The notes under the pieces were generated by a model that saw nothing but the letters and a program-made list of their open reading frames with translations, did no database searches and was not told the DNA's origin. From a virus, in IMG/VR virus record IMGVR_UViG_3300044634_001013, positions 5,702-69,701 of that record: DNA of 64,000 nt. One strand, written 5' to 3'. Position numbers and translations under genes: made by a program. Below are positions 1 to 9,067 of this stretch, in pieces. How positions within the stretch are numbered: position 1 is the stretch's first letter; the number at the start of each line of letters is the position of its first letter.

Positions 1-123
1 ACATTAGATTATGGAAATTATGTAGAATACGGAAATTATATTGTTTCTTTAGATGGTGGAACTGCAACAACAGACTATACCACAACACCTAATGATGATA
101 TAATTGATGGAGGGGTAGGTTAA
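1..123 (+). CDS. 3' end of a virion protein gene (partial), ending ...SLDGG...DIIDGGVG
   Basis: Frame 1 is open from base 1 to TAA at 121-123; C-terminal DGG motifs; GGAGGGG SD-like sequence ahead of the next ATG at 129. Confidence 0.7.
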   Translation, partial: TLDYGNYVEYGNYIVSLDGGTATTDYTTTPNDDIIDGGVG

Positions 124-128
124 ATAAA

Positions 129-3100
129 ATGGCAGTTAGAATTCAGTTACGTAGAGATACAGCATCAAATTGGTCAACAAATAATCCAATTCTTCGCCCA
201 GGCGAGGTTGGAGTAGAAACAGACACACTTAAATTTAAAATAGGACCTACAGTTTCATCACCAGCAATTGGTACAGCATGGAATTCAATTTCAGCCTATG
301 CAAACATAACTTCAACAGGCCTAGCAAGCAGCCTTGCATCATATATTGAGTTGGCCGATCAAGGAGTTCCAGGCGGACCAGCAGAATTAGACTCAAATGG
401 AGACCTACTTGTTCCAGAAAATTCTATAATTTTGTGGGACGACGCTGACTACACATACACAACAACATTGACTGCAACACAACCTACAGCAAATAGAACA
501 ATTACTTTTCCTAACTCATCTGGAACAGTGGCACTAACTACAGATATTCCAACACTAAATACAGATAATGTTTCTGAGGGAACTACAAATAAATACTTTA
601 CAGACGAAAGAGCTCAAGATGCAATTGACTTAGCTTTGACGGCTGGAACAAACATTTCTAAGACTTATAACGATGTATCTAATACTTTAACTATTGCTAC
701 AGTATCTGATCCAGCATTTGGAAATGGATTAAATGTAGGAACACAGTCACTTGGATTAAGAACTTCTGATGCCTACACAAATCCAATGGCGGTATTTTCA
801 ATAGATTCAGACAATGATTATGCTCAGCTAGTAATTAAAAATACTGGAAATGGAATTAACTCTTCTACAGATGTAATTGCATATTCAGATAATGGAAACG
901 ATGCTGCTGGTTGGATTGATATGGGTATCACATCTAGTGCATTTAATGACGCAACATTTACAATTACAAAACCCAATGATGGTTACATATTCATGGAAGC
1001 ACCAGCAACTACAGTAGCCTCTGTAAATAATAAAGCATTAACAACAAATACAGTAACTCTCACCACAGCCGCAGCACACGGGTTTTCCGTTGGTAAAAGG
1101 GTAACAGTTTCTGGAGTAGGTGCCCCATATGATGGACAGTATACTATTAATGGAACTCCTACAACAACTACATTTACTTATGCTAAAGTAAATACAAATC
1201 TTTCTTCCACCGCAGTTTCCCCTGTTGGAACAGCTACACAGCACACAGGAAACGGCGACCTTGTCCTTGCAACTGGAGCAAATGGCGCTCAAAATGCGAT
1301 TGTTTTTGCAGCGGGAGGATTGCAGTCTGATAATACACAGATGACAATTTTTCCAGATCAAAATGTACATATTGAAATTGATACACAATCTGATTCTGCT
1401 ACAACAGGAGCACTAACTGTTGCTGGTGGAGCAGGAATTACTGGAAATCTTTCTATTAATGGAAAAGCAAGACTAACAGATACTGTTTATATTGGCTCAA
1501 CCGCAGAAACATTTGAAACAACTGCTGCATTAACCAATCCAGCGGCAGTATTTGCACTTACTGGAGATCCTTACTCTCAGGTTTCAATTCATAACCCAGA
1601 TTCTGATTCTTCCGCCGATCTTATTATTTATACAGACAATGGTACAGATGCACATGGGTGGATCGATCTTGGAGTAACTGGAAGTCAGTTTAGCCAGCCA
1701 CAATTTGGAATTACTGGACCAAACGACGGGTACCTATTCTTTGAAGCACCAGAAGGAACAACTGGAGACGGAAATTTAGTTATTGCAACTGGTAATCGTG
1801 GAGAAGCAAATAAGATTATATTTGCCGCAGGTGGCTTCGGTACTGGAACCACTCAAATGGAGATCACTCCAAACCAAAACATTCATATTGAAATTCCTAC
1901 AGCATCTACAAGCGCTACAACTGGAGCACTTACAGTAGTAGGTGGAGTTGGTATTCAGGGTGACCTTAATATTCAAGGTGACGTAGCAATTCAAGGAACT
2001 ATTACATTCGGTGGTGGCGGAACAACTGTAGAAACAGAGAACCTTGCTGTTACAGACCCAGCAATTTTCGTTGGTACAAATAATCAGGCAGACCTTGTAG
2101 ATCTTGGTATCTATACAGAATTTGCTGTTACTCAGTCACCAGCAATTACTGCTACAGTAACAAATAAGGCACTCACCGACAATATTGCTACACTTACAAC
2201 ATCAGCAAATCACACATATTTAGATGGAGATGTTGTAACAATTACAGGTGTAGACGCAACATTTAACGGAACATTTAATATTATTGATGTTCCAACCACA
2301 ACAACATTTACATATGCCAAGACAGCAACAAATGTTACAAGTGCTGCGGTTACCCCTAATGGTTCAGCCTCAGTTGGCGCAAGACGCAAATTTGGCGGAG
2401 TTGTAAGAGATGCATCTGATGGAGTAGTTAAGATATTCCATGGAGCAACTACAAAGCCATCTGGCACAACAAACTTTGCAGAAGCTGGATTGTCATACTC
2501 TGGACTTAAAATAGGAGCACTTGATGCATCATCTGCAACAATTGGAGATGTGTCTAATACAGAGCTTCAATACCTAAATGGAGTAACTGGAGACATTCAG
2601 ACTCAAATTAATGGTAAAATTTCTGCTTCAAGTACAGATACTCTAACAAACAAAACTTTGACATCTCCAAAAATTAATGAAGATGTTGCTCTTACAGCAA
2701 CTGCAACAGAGCTTAATGTTTTAGATGGAATAACTTCAACTACTGCAGAATTAAACATTCTAGACGGAGTTACCTCCACAGCAGCTGAGTTGAATATTCT
2801 AGACGGAGTAACTGCATCAACATCAGAGCTAAACATTCTAGACGGAGTCACTTCTACAGCAGCAGAATTAAATATTCTTGATGGAGCCACACTTTCTACA
2901 ACCGAATTAAATTATGTAGACGGTGTAACTTCAGCAATTCAAACTCAACTAGACGGAAAAGTTGACAAGTCTCTATTTGATACAAAGGGAGATATTCTAG
3001 TTGCTTCTGCGGACAATACCCCAGTAAAATTAGCAGCTGGAACAAATGGATATCTACTAACAGCAAATTCATCTGCAACAAATGGAATTGAATGGGCGGC

Positions 3101-3509
3101 TGCACCAGTAAGCCTTCCTACTCAAACAGATAATTCAGGGAAATACCTTACTACAGACGGTTCAACAGCTTCTTGGGCAACATTAGTTGTACCAATCGAA
3201 ACAAAGACAGCAACTGTATCAGCAAATACTGTTACAACTGTAGATACAACAGCATTGTCAGCATTCACAAGTATTGAATATATGGTATCTTTGAAGCAGG
3301 GTACAAAGGTAAGAACTTCTAAGGTAATTGTACAAAATAATGGAACATCTGTAGATATGACAGAGTTTGCAATTACAGAAACAGGCGGAGTTATTTCTGG
3401 TGTGGTAATTTCTGCAGCAGTGTCTGGAACAGACGGAGTTCTGCAGGCAACAATAACAGACGCAACAAGCACGAATGTAGCAGTTAAATTATCTAAAGTT
3501 AAATTATAG
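129..3509 (+). CDS. Large fibre/hub protein with major-tropism-determinant-type N-terminal domain (Mtd_N-like)
   Basis: N-terminus RIQLRRDTASNWSTNNPILRPGEVGVETDTLKFKIG; duplicated internal module; ELNILDGVT repeats; Thr/Gly/Ser-rich. Confidence 0.8.
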   Translation: MAVRIQLRRDTASNWSTNNPILRPGEVGVETDTLKFKIGPTVSSPAIGTAWNSISAYANITSTGLASSLASYIELADQGVPGGPAELDSNGDLLVPENSIILWDDADYTYTTTLTATQPTANRTITFPNSSGTVALTTDIPTLNTDNVSEGTTNKYFTDERAQDAIDLALTAGTNISKTYNDVSNTLTIATVSDPAFGNGLNVGTQSLGLRTSDAYTNPMAVFSIDSDNDYAQLVIKNTGNGINSSTDVIAYSDNGNDAAGWIDMGITSSAFNDATFTITKPNDGYIFMEAPATTVASVNNKALTTNTVTLTTAAAHGFSVGKRVTVSGVGAPYDGQYTINGTPTTTTFTYAKVNTNLSSTAVSPVGTATQHTGNGDLVLATGANGAQNAIVFAAGGLQSDNTQMTIFPDQNVHIEIDTQSDSATTGALTVAGGAGITGNLSINGKARLTDTVYIGSTAETFETTAALTNPAAVFALTGDPYSQVSIHNPDSDSSADLIIYTDNGTDAHGWIDLGVTGSQFSQPQFGITGPNDGYLFFEAPEGTTGDGNLVIATGNRGEANKIIFAAGGFGTGTTQMEITPNQNIHIEIPTASTSATTGALTVVGGVGIQGDLNIQGDVAIQGTITFGGGGTTVETENLAVTDPAIFVGTNNQADLVDLGIYTEFAVTQSPAITATVTNKALTDNIATLTTSANHTYLDGDVVTITGVDATFNGTFNIIDVPTTTTFTYAKTATNVTSAAVTPNGSASVGARRKFGGVVRDASDGVVKIFHGATTKPSGTTNFAEAGLSYSGLKIGALDASSATIGDVSNTELQYLNGVTGDIQTQINGKISASSTDTLTNKTLTSPKINEDVALTATATELNVLDGITSTTAELNILDGVTSTAAELNILDGVTASTSELNILDGVTSTAAELNILDGATLSTTELNYVDGVTSAIQTQLDGKVDKSLFDTKGDILVASADNTPVKLAAGTNGYLLTANSSATNGIEWAAAPVSLPTQTDNSGKYLTTDGSTASWATLVVPIETKTATVSANTVTTVDTTALSAFTSIEYMVSLKQGTKVRTSKVIVQNNGTSVDMTEFAITETGGVISGVVISAAVSGTDGVLQATITDATSTNVAVKLSKVKL
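2700..2933 (+). repeat. Six tandem 39-bp (13-aa) repeats, consensus TAAELNILDGVTS
   Basis: TATELNVLDGITS TTAELNILDGVTS TAAELNILDGVTA STSELNILDGVTS TAAELNILDGATL STTELNYVDGVTS; DNA core attctagacggagt recurs. Confidence 0.9.
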
Positions 3510-3519
3510 GGAGGGTTAA

Positions 3520-5130
3520 GTGGCAGATAAAAACTTTAAAGTAAAATCTGGTTTACAAGTTCCCTCTCTTACAACAGCGGGTCCTGTAACAACAGATTCA
3601 GCTGGTAACGTTACTTCTTCTGCTACCCTTCCAATTTCACAAGGAGGAACAGGCCAGACAACTGCTGGTAACGCATTAAATGCATTCCTTCCTCTTCAGA
3701 CTAGCCAAGACAATAAGTTTTTACAAACTAATGGCGTAACTACACAATGGACAACTCCTCAACAGCATACAGCAACAGACGGTGTGGTTGGGGCTAAAAT
3801 ATATAGTGGAACAGTTACTCCGTCTTCGCCAGTAATTGGAGATCTCTGGATTGATCAAACAACTGGAAATGGAATTCAATTAGTCAGGTGGCGTAAAACT
3901 GTTGCATCTGCAACAACAACCGTAACTGGACTAGATGATAATAACTTAACTTTATCTTATACCGCTGGAAATGAGCAGGTCTATATTAACGGTGTATTAA
4001 TTACAAGAGGCCAAGATTATACTGCTACAAATGGCACATCTGTTGTTTTAACACAGGCGGCGGAAATAGGAGATACATTAGAAATCTTTGGTAATCCCCT
4101 ATTCTCAGTAACAGATGCATATACACAATCACAGTCTAATTCATTATATGTTTCTAAGTCAGGACTGGATGCAGCTGGAAAAAATTATTTAATTAATGGA
4201 GGAATGGACGTATGGCAAAGAGGCACCTCTTTTGCAGTTACAGGATTAGGATATGCAGCTTATACAGTTGATAGGTGGACATGTTATGCAGGTGCCGCTG
4301 GAACAATCACACAAGATACTTCTTTATATGCACCAGGAACAAGATACGGACTTAGATTTACATCTACAGTATCATCAAGTGCACAGAATTGGTATCAAAT
4401 GGTTGAAACTTCAAATGCAATTGCCCTAGCAGGCCAAACTGTTTGTTTATCTCTTTATGCTGCAGGAACCACGGGAACTACAGGACACTATATGAATCTT
4501 CAGTATTCTAATAATGTCGACGCTAGTTTATTTGATGCTGGTTGGACAAATTGCAGCGGCACAACGGTATCCTATCCAGCAATGACTGGAACAATGCAAA
4601 GACATATCGCTACATTTGTAGTTCCAAATACCGCAAAAAGTTTACGTGTACAGTGGACAACTGGTTTATTAACTAATGCACAATTTCAAACTATTGGTGG
4701 ATTTCAATTAGAATTAGGATCAGTTGCAACACCGTTTTCTCGTGCAGGTGGAGATATTCAGGGAGAACTTGCAAAATGCCAAAGATACTTTTATACTTTG
4801 CCCTATAATTACAATGCTGAAAGAGCAAATCCCTATACTGATTTTTTAATTATGAATACTGCAGACCAAACTGGATGGGCTAGAGGCGTGGTTCAGTTTC
4901 CAGTTACAATGAGAACATCTCCTACGTTACAAGCGCCAACAGCGGCAAATTATTGGATATTAGGATCGGCTGGTGTATTATCTGTTACATCAATAGCAAT
5001 TGATAATATGACAAACGCATCAATGGCTGTTGTAAATGCTTATAGGACTGGTATGTCAACTGGAACAACTTATTTTTTAAGGTTTGCAGGAAACGTAACA
5101 GATTATTTAAGATTTTCGGCGGAGTTATAA
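3520..5130 (+). CDS. Fibre cassette 1 slot A: DK.FKVK-type adaptor fibre with CBM-like domain and C-terminal AEL domain
   Basis: GTG start after GGAGG; MADKNFKVK; GDLWID motif; INGVL...DYTA domain; KN..ING..WQRG...QLELGS.AT...ELAKCQRY...FSAEL. Confidence 0.8.
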   Translation: MADKNFKVKSGLQVPSLTTAGPVTTDSAGNVTSSATLPISQGGTGQTTAGNALNAFLPLQTSQDNKFLQTNGVTTQWTTPQQHTATDGVVGAKIYSGTVTPSSPVIGDLWIDQTTGNGIQLVRWRKTVASATTTVTGLDDNNLTLSYTAGNEQVYINGVLITRGQDYTATNGTSVVLTQAAEIGDTLEIFGNPLFSVTDAYTQSQSNSLYVSKSGLDAAGKNYLINGGMDVWQRGTSFAVTGLGYAAYTVDRWTCYAGAAGTITQDTSLYAPGTRYGLRFTSTVSSSAQNWYQMVETSNAIALAGQTVCLSLYAAGTTGTTGHYMNLQYSNNVDASLFDAGWTNCSGTTVSYPAMTGTMQRHIATFVVPNTAKSLRVQWTTGLLTNAQFQTIGGFQLELGSVATPFSRAGGDIQGELAKCQRYFYTLPYNYNAERANPYTDFLIMNTADQTGWARGVVQFPVTMRTSPTLQAPTAANYWILGSAGVLSVTSIAIDNMTNASMAVVNAYRTGMSTGTTYFLRFAGNVTDYLRFSAEL

Positions 5131-5139
5131 GGGAGAACC

Positions 5140-6171
5140 ATGACAAGAGCTAGAGATAATGCATTTAACCCGTTTAATAATCAAGTTGCTGGCAAGAATG
5201 CAGTAATTAATGGTGGAATGGATATTTGGCAACGTGGAACGACTTTTGCAGGCAATGGAGCATTTGCAAGTTCATTTACAGCTGATAGGTGGCAAGTTTA
5301 TAGAGGTGGTGCTTCTGGAGCAAGTACTGCTACTAGAGGTGCTTCAGATCTTCCAGGTTTCAAATATTTTATTCGTGTTCAACGACCTGCTGGAGATACA
5401 ACAACAACCTACCTAGGCTTATGGCAATCATTGGAAAGCGCAAACTCGTATGTCTACGCTGGCAAGACAGTAACTCTTTCCTTTTATGCACGTGCTGGTT
5501 CTGGAATGACTAATTCTTTTGGGCTAGGTGTTGCTTTATACAGTGGAACTGGAATAGACGAGCCGTGGTACTCGCACACTGGCTCAACGACTGTTGGATC
5601 TAGCAACTTTACTTTAACAACAACTGGTGGAATAGTAAATGGCTGGCAACGTTTTAGTGTTACTGGAAATGTTCCTTCTAACTCCAATGAACTTGGCATT
5701 ACTTTTGGGTATAATCCGACTGCTAGTACAGCATCTTCTACAGACTACTATGATATTACTGGTGTTCAATTAGAATTAGGCTCAACACCAACTGTATTTT
5801 CTCGTGCAGGTGGTACAATTGGAGGAGAGCTTGCGCTTTGCCAAAGATATTATTATAGAGTTATAGGAACAAACTACACTGCTATAGGATCTGGATTTTG
5901 TTTTAATGCTACAAATTTTAGAACAGTTATTAACTTTCCAACATTTATGAGGTCTGCTCCAGGAGTAGCATACTCAGGATCCCTAGTTGCAAATATTAAT
6001 GGTGGTAATGTTATACCAACAGGAATTAATGGAGTATTTAATTCTACAGGATACGGATGCTCATGCTTATTTGTAGACTGGGCAGTATCTGGACAGGCTG
6101 CTGGATATAATGGAGCTTTTTATACTCAAAACAGTTCATTAAACTATGTTGAATTTTCAGCGGAGTTATAG
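5140..6171 (+). CDS. Fibre cassette 1 slot B: MTRARD-type receptor-binding protein (CBM-like + AEL domain)
   Basis: N-terminus MTRARD; WQRG/DRW/VTLSF/QLELGS/CQRYY/FSAEL motifs. Confidence 0.8.
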   Translation: MTRARDNAFNPFNNQVAGKNAVINGGMDIWQRGTTFAGNGAFASSFTADRWQVYRGGASGASTATRGASDLPGFKYFIRVQRPAGDTTTTYLGLWQSLESANSYVYAGKTVTLSFYARAGSGMTNSFGLGVALYSGTGIDEPWYSHTGSTTVGSSNFTLTTTGGIVNGWQRFSVTGNVPSNSNELGITFGYNPTASTASSTDYYDITGVQLELGSTPTVFSRAGGTIGGELALCQRYYYRVIGTNYTAIGSGFCFNATNFRTVINFPTFMRSAPGVAYSGSLVANINGGNVIPTGINGVFNSTGYGCSCLFVDWAVSGQAAGYNGAFYTQNSSLNYVEFSAEL

Positions 6172-6181
6172 GAGGAAATAA

Positions 6182-7447
6182 ATGGCAGTAAAAAGATGGA
6201 ATGGAACGGCATGGGAAGTCTATGCTGGTGCTGACCTAGCTCCCGTCAAAGTTACCGACGGCAGAGTAGGTAAAACTACATTCATTGGTGCTACTTCTCC
6301 TACAGGACAAGTTGATGGAGATATTTGGATTGATCAAGATACAACTACAAACGCAGTTGTTCCAACAGCATTAACAACAAAAGGCGATATATTTGCAGCT
6401 ACTGGCAATGCTGCATATACAAGATTTGCGGCGGGTAATAATGGAGAATCATTATATGCAGATTCATCAACTAGTACAGGATTAAGATGGCAAGGTGATT
6501 TTAATACTGGAAAGAATAAGATTCTAAATGGAGATTTTGGAATTTGGCAAAGAGGGACAAGTTTTTCAAATGTGGCAGGTTATACAGCAGATAGATGGTA
6601 TATAACTTATTCTACACCACCTACAACTCACAGTATTACAAGAGAAACATTTACTCCTGGATCAGCACCAGTTGCTGGATACGAAGGTCAATACTTTTTA
6701 AGAAGAACTACAACAACTCTAGGAAGCAATAACGATGCTTATTTTGGAACAGCTATAGAAGATGTAAGAACTTTAGCAGGACAAACAGTAACACTTTCTT
6801 TCTGGGCCAAAGCAAGTTCATCAGTATCACTTTCACCAGCATTTAATCAAATGTTTGGAACTGGAGGTTCTACCAACGTTGCTACCGTTTTGCCAGTATT
6901 TAGCGTAACAACATCCTGGCAAAGATATTCTGGTACTGTTACAATACCTTCAGTTTCTGGCAAAACAATCGGAACGGGTAGTTATTTAAATCCATATCTT
7001 GGGTATACTCCAGTATCTGGATTGTCTTTAGATTTATGGGGATTTCAATTAGAAGCAGGAAGTGTTGCTACCCCATTCACAACAAATACTGCAAACCCTC
7101 AACAGGAACTTGCCGCATGTCAGAGATATTTTCAAATAATGAGTGGTCCAGGATCTGGAGTAATTGGTTCAAAAAATAATGGAACTGTTACATATTTTAT
7201 TGTGCCTCTTAAAGTAAACATGAGAGCCGCTCCAAGTATGACGAGTTCAGCAGTCGGCGAACTAGCTTTGTCAGCATTAAATGGGTCTACTACGTACCCA
7301 GCTACTAGTTTTTCAACTAATAGAAGCTCACCATGGTCGGCTTCTTTTGGATTAACACAGGCAACATCAGATGGTTCAGCTGGAAGCGCTGGAATCTTAC
7401 TAATTGATTCAGGTAGCGGCTGGGTAGCATTTTCGGCAGAGTTATAA
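6182..7447 (+). CDS. Fibre cassette 1 slot C: receptor-binding protein (CBM-like + AEL domain)
   Basis: MAVKRWNGTAW N-terminus, GDIWIDQD motif, TKGD module, NGDF..WQRG/IEDVR/CQRYF/FSAEL. Confidence 0.8.
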   Translation: MAVKRWNGTAWEVYAGADLAPVKVTDGRVGKTTFIGATSPTGQVDGDIWIDQDTTTNAVVPTALTTKGDIFAATGNAAYTRFAAGNNGESLYADSSTSTGLRWQGDFNTGKNKILNGDFGIWQRGTSFSNVAGYTADRWYITYSTPPTTHSITRETFTPGSAPVAGYEGQYFLRRTTTTLGSNNDAYFGTAIEDVRTLAGQTVTLSFWAKASSSVSLSPAFNQMFGTGGSTNVATVLPVFSVTTSWQRYSGTVTIPSVSGKTIGTGSYLNPYLGYTPVSGLSLDLWGFQLEAGSVATPFTTNTANPQQELAACQRYFQIMSGPGSGVIGSKNNGTVTYFIVPLKVNMRAAPSMTSSAVGELALSALNGSTTYPATSFSTNRSSPWSASFGLTQATSDGSAGSAGILLIDSGSGWVAFSAEL

Positions 7448-7458
7448 GGAGAATATAA

Positions 7459-8808
7459 ATGGCAATTAAAAGATGGAACGGAAGTACAAGTCAGTGGGAA
7501 TTAGTAGGTACCCCAGGGACCGCCACTCCTGCCGCAATTGGTGCTGCTACGCTAGCATCTACTGGCAACACTTTCCTTGGTGTACAAACGATTACTTCTG
7601 CATCTGAATGGCCTTTAATTTCTAGATTTACAAACCCAACATCAACACATAGAAATCACATATTATTACAAAGATCTAATAATAATGCTGCAGTCACATC
7701 AGGGTTTGGCTTGGGCGGAATTGCCATGTCAGGACATGACGGAACAAATTATGGATTAGGATGGAACGGTGGAGCAGAAATAACAGCATACGCTTCACAA
7801 ACATGGACTCCCTCTGCAAGAGGAACATCGTTAGCATTTTCAACTACTCCAGATAATAGTACGACTATATTAGAAAGAATGCGTATTCAGCAAGGTGGAG
7901 ATGTAATATTAACAAACCAGCCGTTTGATGGATTAAGATACTTTGACATATATAACACAAGTTCTGGAAACTCAGCTGGAACAATTATTAGATTAATTAC
8001 AAATAACGCAGCCAACAGTGCAGTAACATCAGTAGATATGGTTAAATACAGAACAGGCGGATTTGTTATAAATAATAGTGATGGATTTACATCATTTAAT
8101 ACTGCAGGCGGAGAAAGAATGCGTATTTTAAGCAGTGGTGCAGTTGTTGTTGGGCACACAGCTTTATTAAATAATGAGGCATTTGGAGTTAGAACAAATG
8201 TTAATATTCAAAATATTTGGTCAGATTCTACTGATCCAAACTATTCCACCGTATCATTTGGAAATAGAATTACACGAGCAAATACATCAGCATACACATT
8301 TTTACAAAATTGGAGCGGCGCAGGTTCTGATACTGAGCATTATTTACGTGGAGATGGACAAGCTTATGCAGACGGATCCTGGAATGGTGGAGGCGCTGAC
8401 TACGCTGAATATTTTGAGTGGGTAGACGGAAATCCAAATAATGAAGACAGAAGAGGTTATTCAGTTTCACTAATAAATGATAAAATTAAGATTGCTGAAG
8501 AAGGAGACGCTGTATTTGGAGTTGTGTCTGGAAACCCTTCAGTAGTTGGAGATGATGCTCCAATGAAGTGGGCGGGGAAGTACCTAAAGGATGACTTTGG
8601 CTCATATATCCGTGATGAAGATGGATATAGAGTATTAAATCCTGAATATGATGAAGAAGCAGAATATGTTAGTCGTGAAAGCAGACCAGAGTGGTCTACA
8701 ATTGGCCTAATGGGTAAACTTCGTTTACGTAAGGGACAAATTGTTTCACCAAGTTGGATTAAGATGAAAGACATTTCGGCAGAAGTCGAAGAATGGCTAG
8801 TTAAATAA
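7459..8808 (+). CDS. Fibre cassette 1 slot D: fibre with C-terminal peptidase G2-type intramolecular chaperone domain
   Basis: ERMRI fibre repeats; C-terminal GADYAEYFEWVDGNPNNEDRRG...GVVS...YLKDDFG...LNPEYD...RPEW..IGLMGKL. Confidence 0.8.
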   Translation: MAIKRWNGSTSQWELVGTPGTATPAAIGAATLASTGNTFLGVQTITSASEWPLISRFTNPTSTHRNHILLQRSNNNAAVTSGFGLGGIAMSGHDGTNYGLGWNGGAEITAYASQTWTPSARGTSLAFSTTPDNSTTILERMRIQQGGDVILTNQPFDGLRYFDIYNTSSGNSAGTIIRLITNNAANSAVTSVDMVKYRTGGFVINNSDGFTSFNTAGGERMRILSSGAVVVGHTALLNNEAFGVRTNVNIQNIWSDSTDPNYSTVSFGNRITRANTSAYTFLQNWSGAGSDTEHYLRGDGQAYADGSWNGGGADYAEYFEWVDGNPNNEDRRGYSVSLINDKIKIAEEGDAVFGVVSGNPSVVGDDAPMKWAGKYLKDDFGSYIRDEDGYRVLNPEYDEEAEYVSRESRPEWSTIGLMGKLRLRKGQIVSPSWIKMKDISAEVEEWLVK

Positions 8809-8818
8809 GGAGAATAAA

Positions 8819-9034
8819 ATGACAGAAGAAACAACATTCGTAATGCCAGAGTTTGTAGATAACTCAGATTATAAGATTAATACTACAGATTTTGGATCAA
8901 CAATTGTAAGAACAGATGAAGATGGTAAAGTATGGTGGATTCCTACTGATCCCGCTAATTCTGATTATGCAAGATATCTTCGTTGGGTTGAAGCGGGTAA
9001 TACTGCAGAAGCCTATGTAGCACCAACAGAGTAA
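8819..9034 (+). CDS. Small fibre-assembly chaperone-like protein (cassette 1 slot E)
   Basis: AGGAG SD; WIPTDPANSDYARYLRWVEAG motif typical of small proteins after fibre genes. Confidence 0.7.
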   Translation: MTEETTFVMPEFVDNSDYKINTTDFGSTIVRTDEDGKVWWIPTDPANSDYARYLRWVEAGNTAEAYVAPTE

Positions 9035-9049
9035 TTAGCATACCTTAAA

Positions 9050-9058
9050 TGGTAAAAT
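9050..9058 (+). promoter_or_regulatory. Extended -10 promoter (TGgTAAAAT) at the start of cassette 2
   Basis: TG-n-TAAAAT in the 33-bp intergenic gap, same style as other promoters in the window. Confidence 0.6.
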
Positions 9059-9067
9059 AGGAGTATC

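Noticed and set aside
2700-2933. CRISPR-like array
   Set aside because: In-frame coding repeats with synonymous variation and no unique spacers
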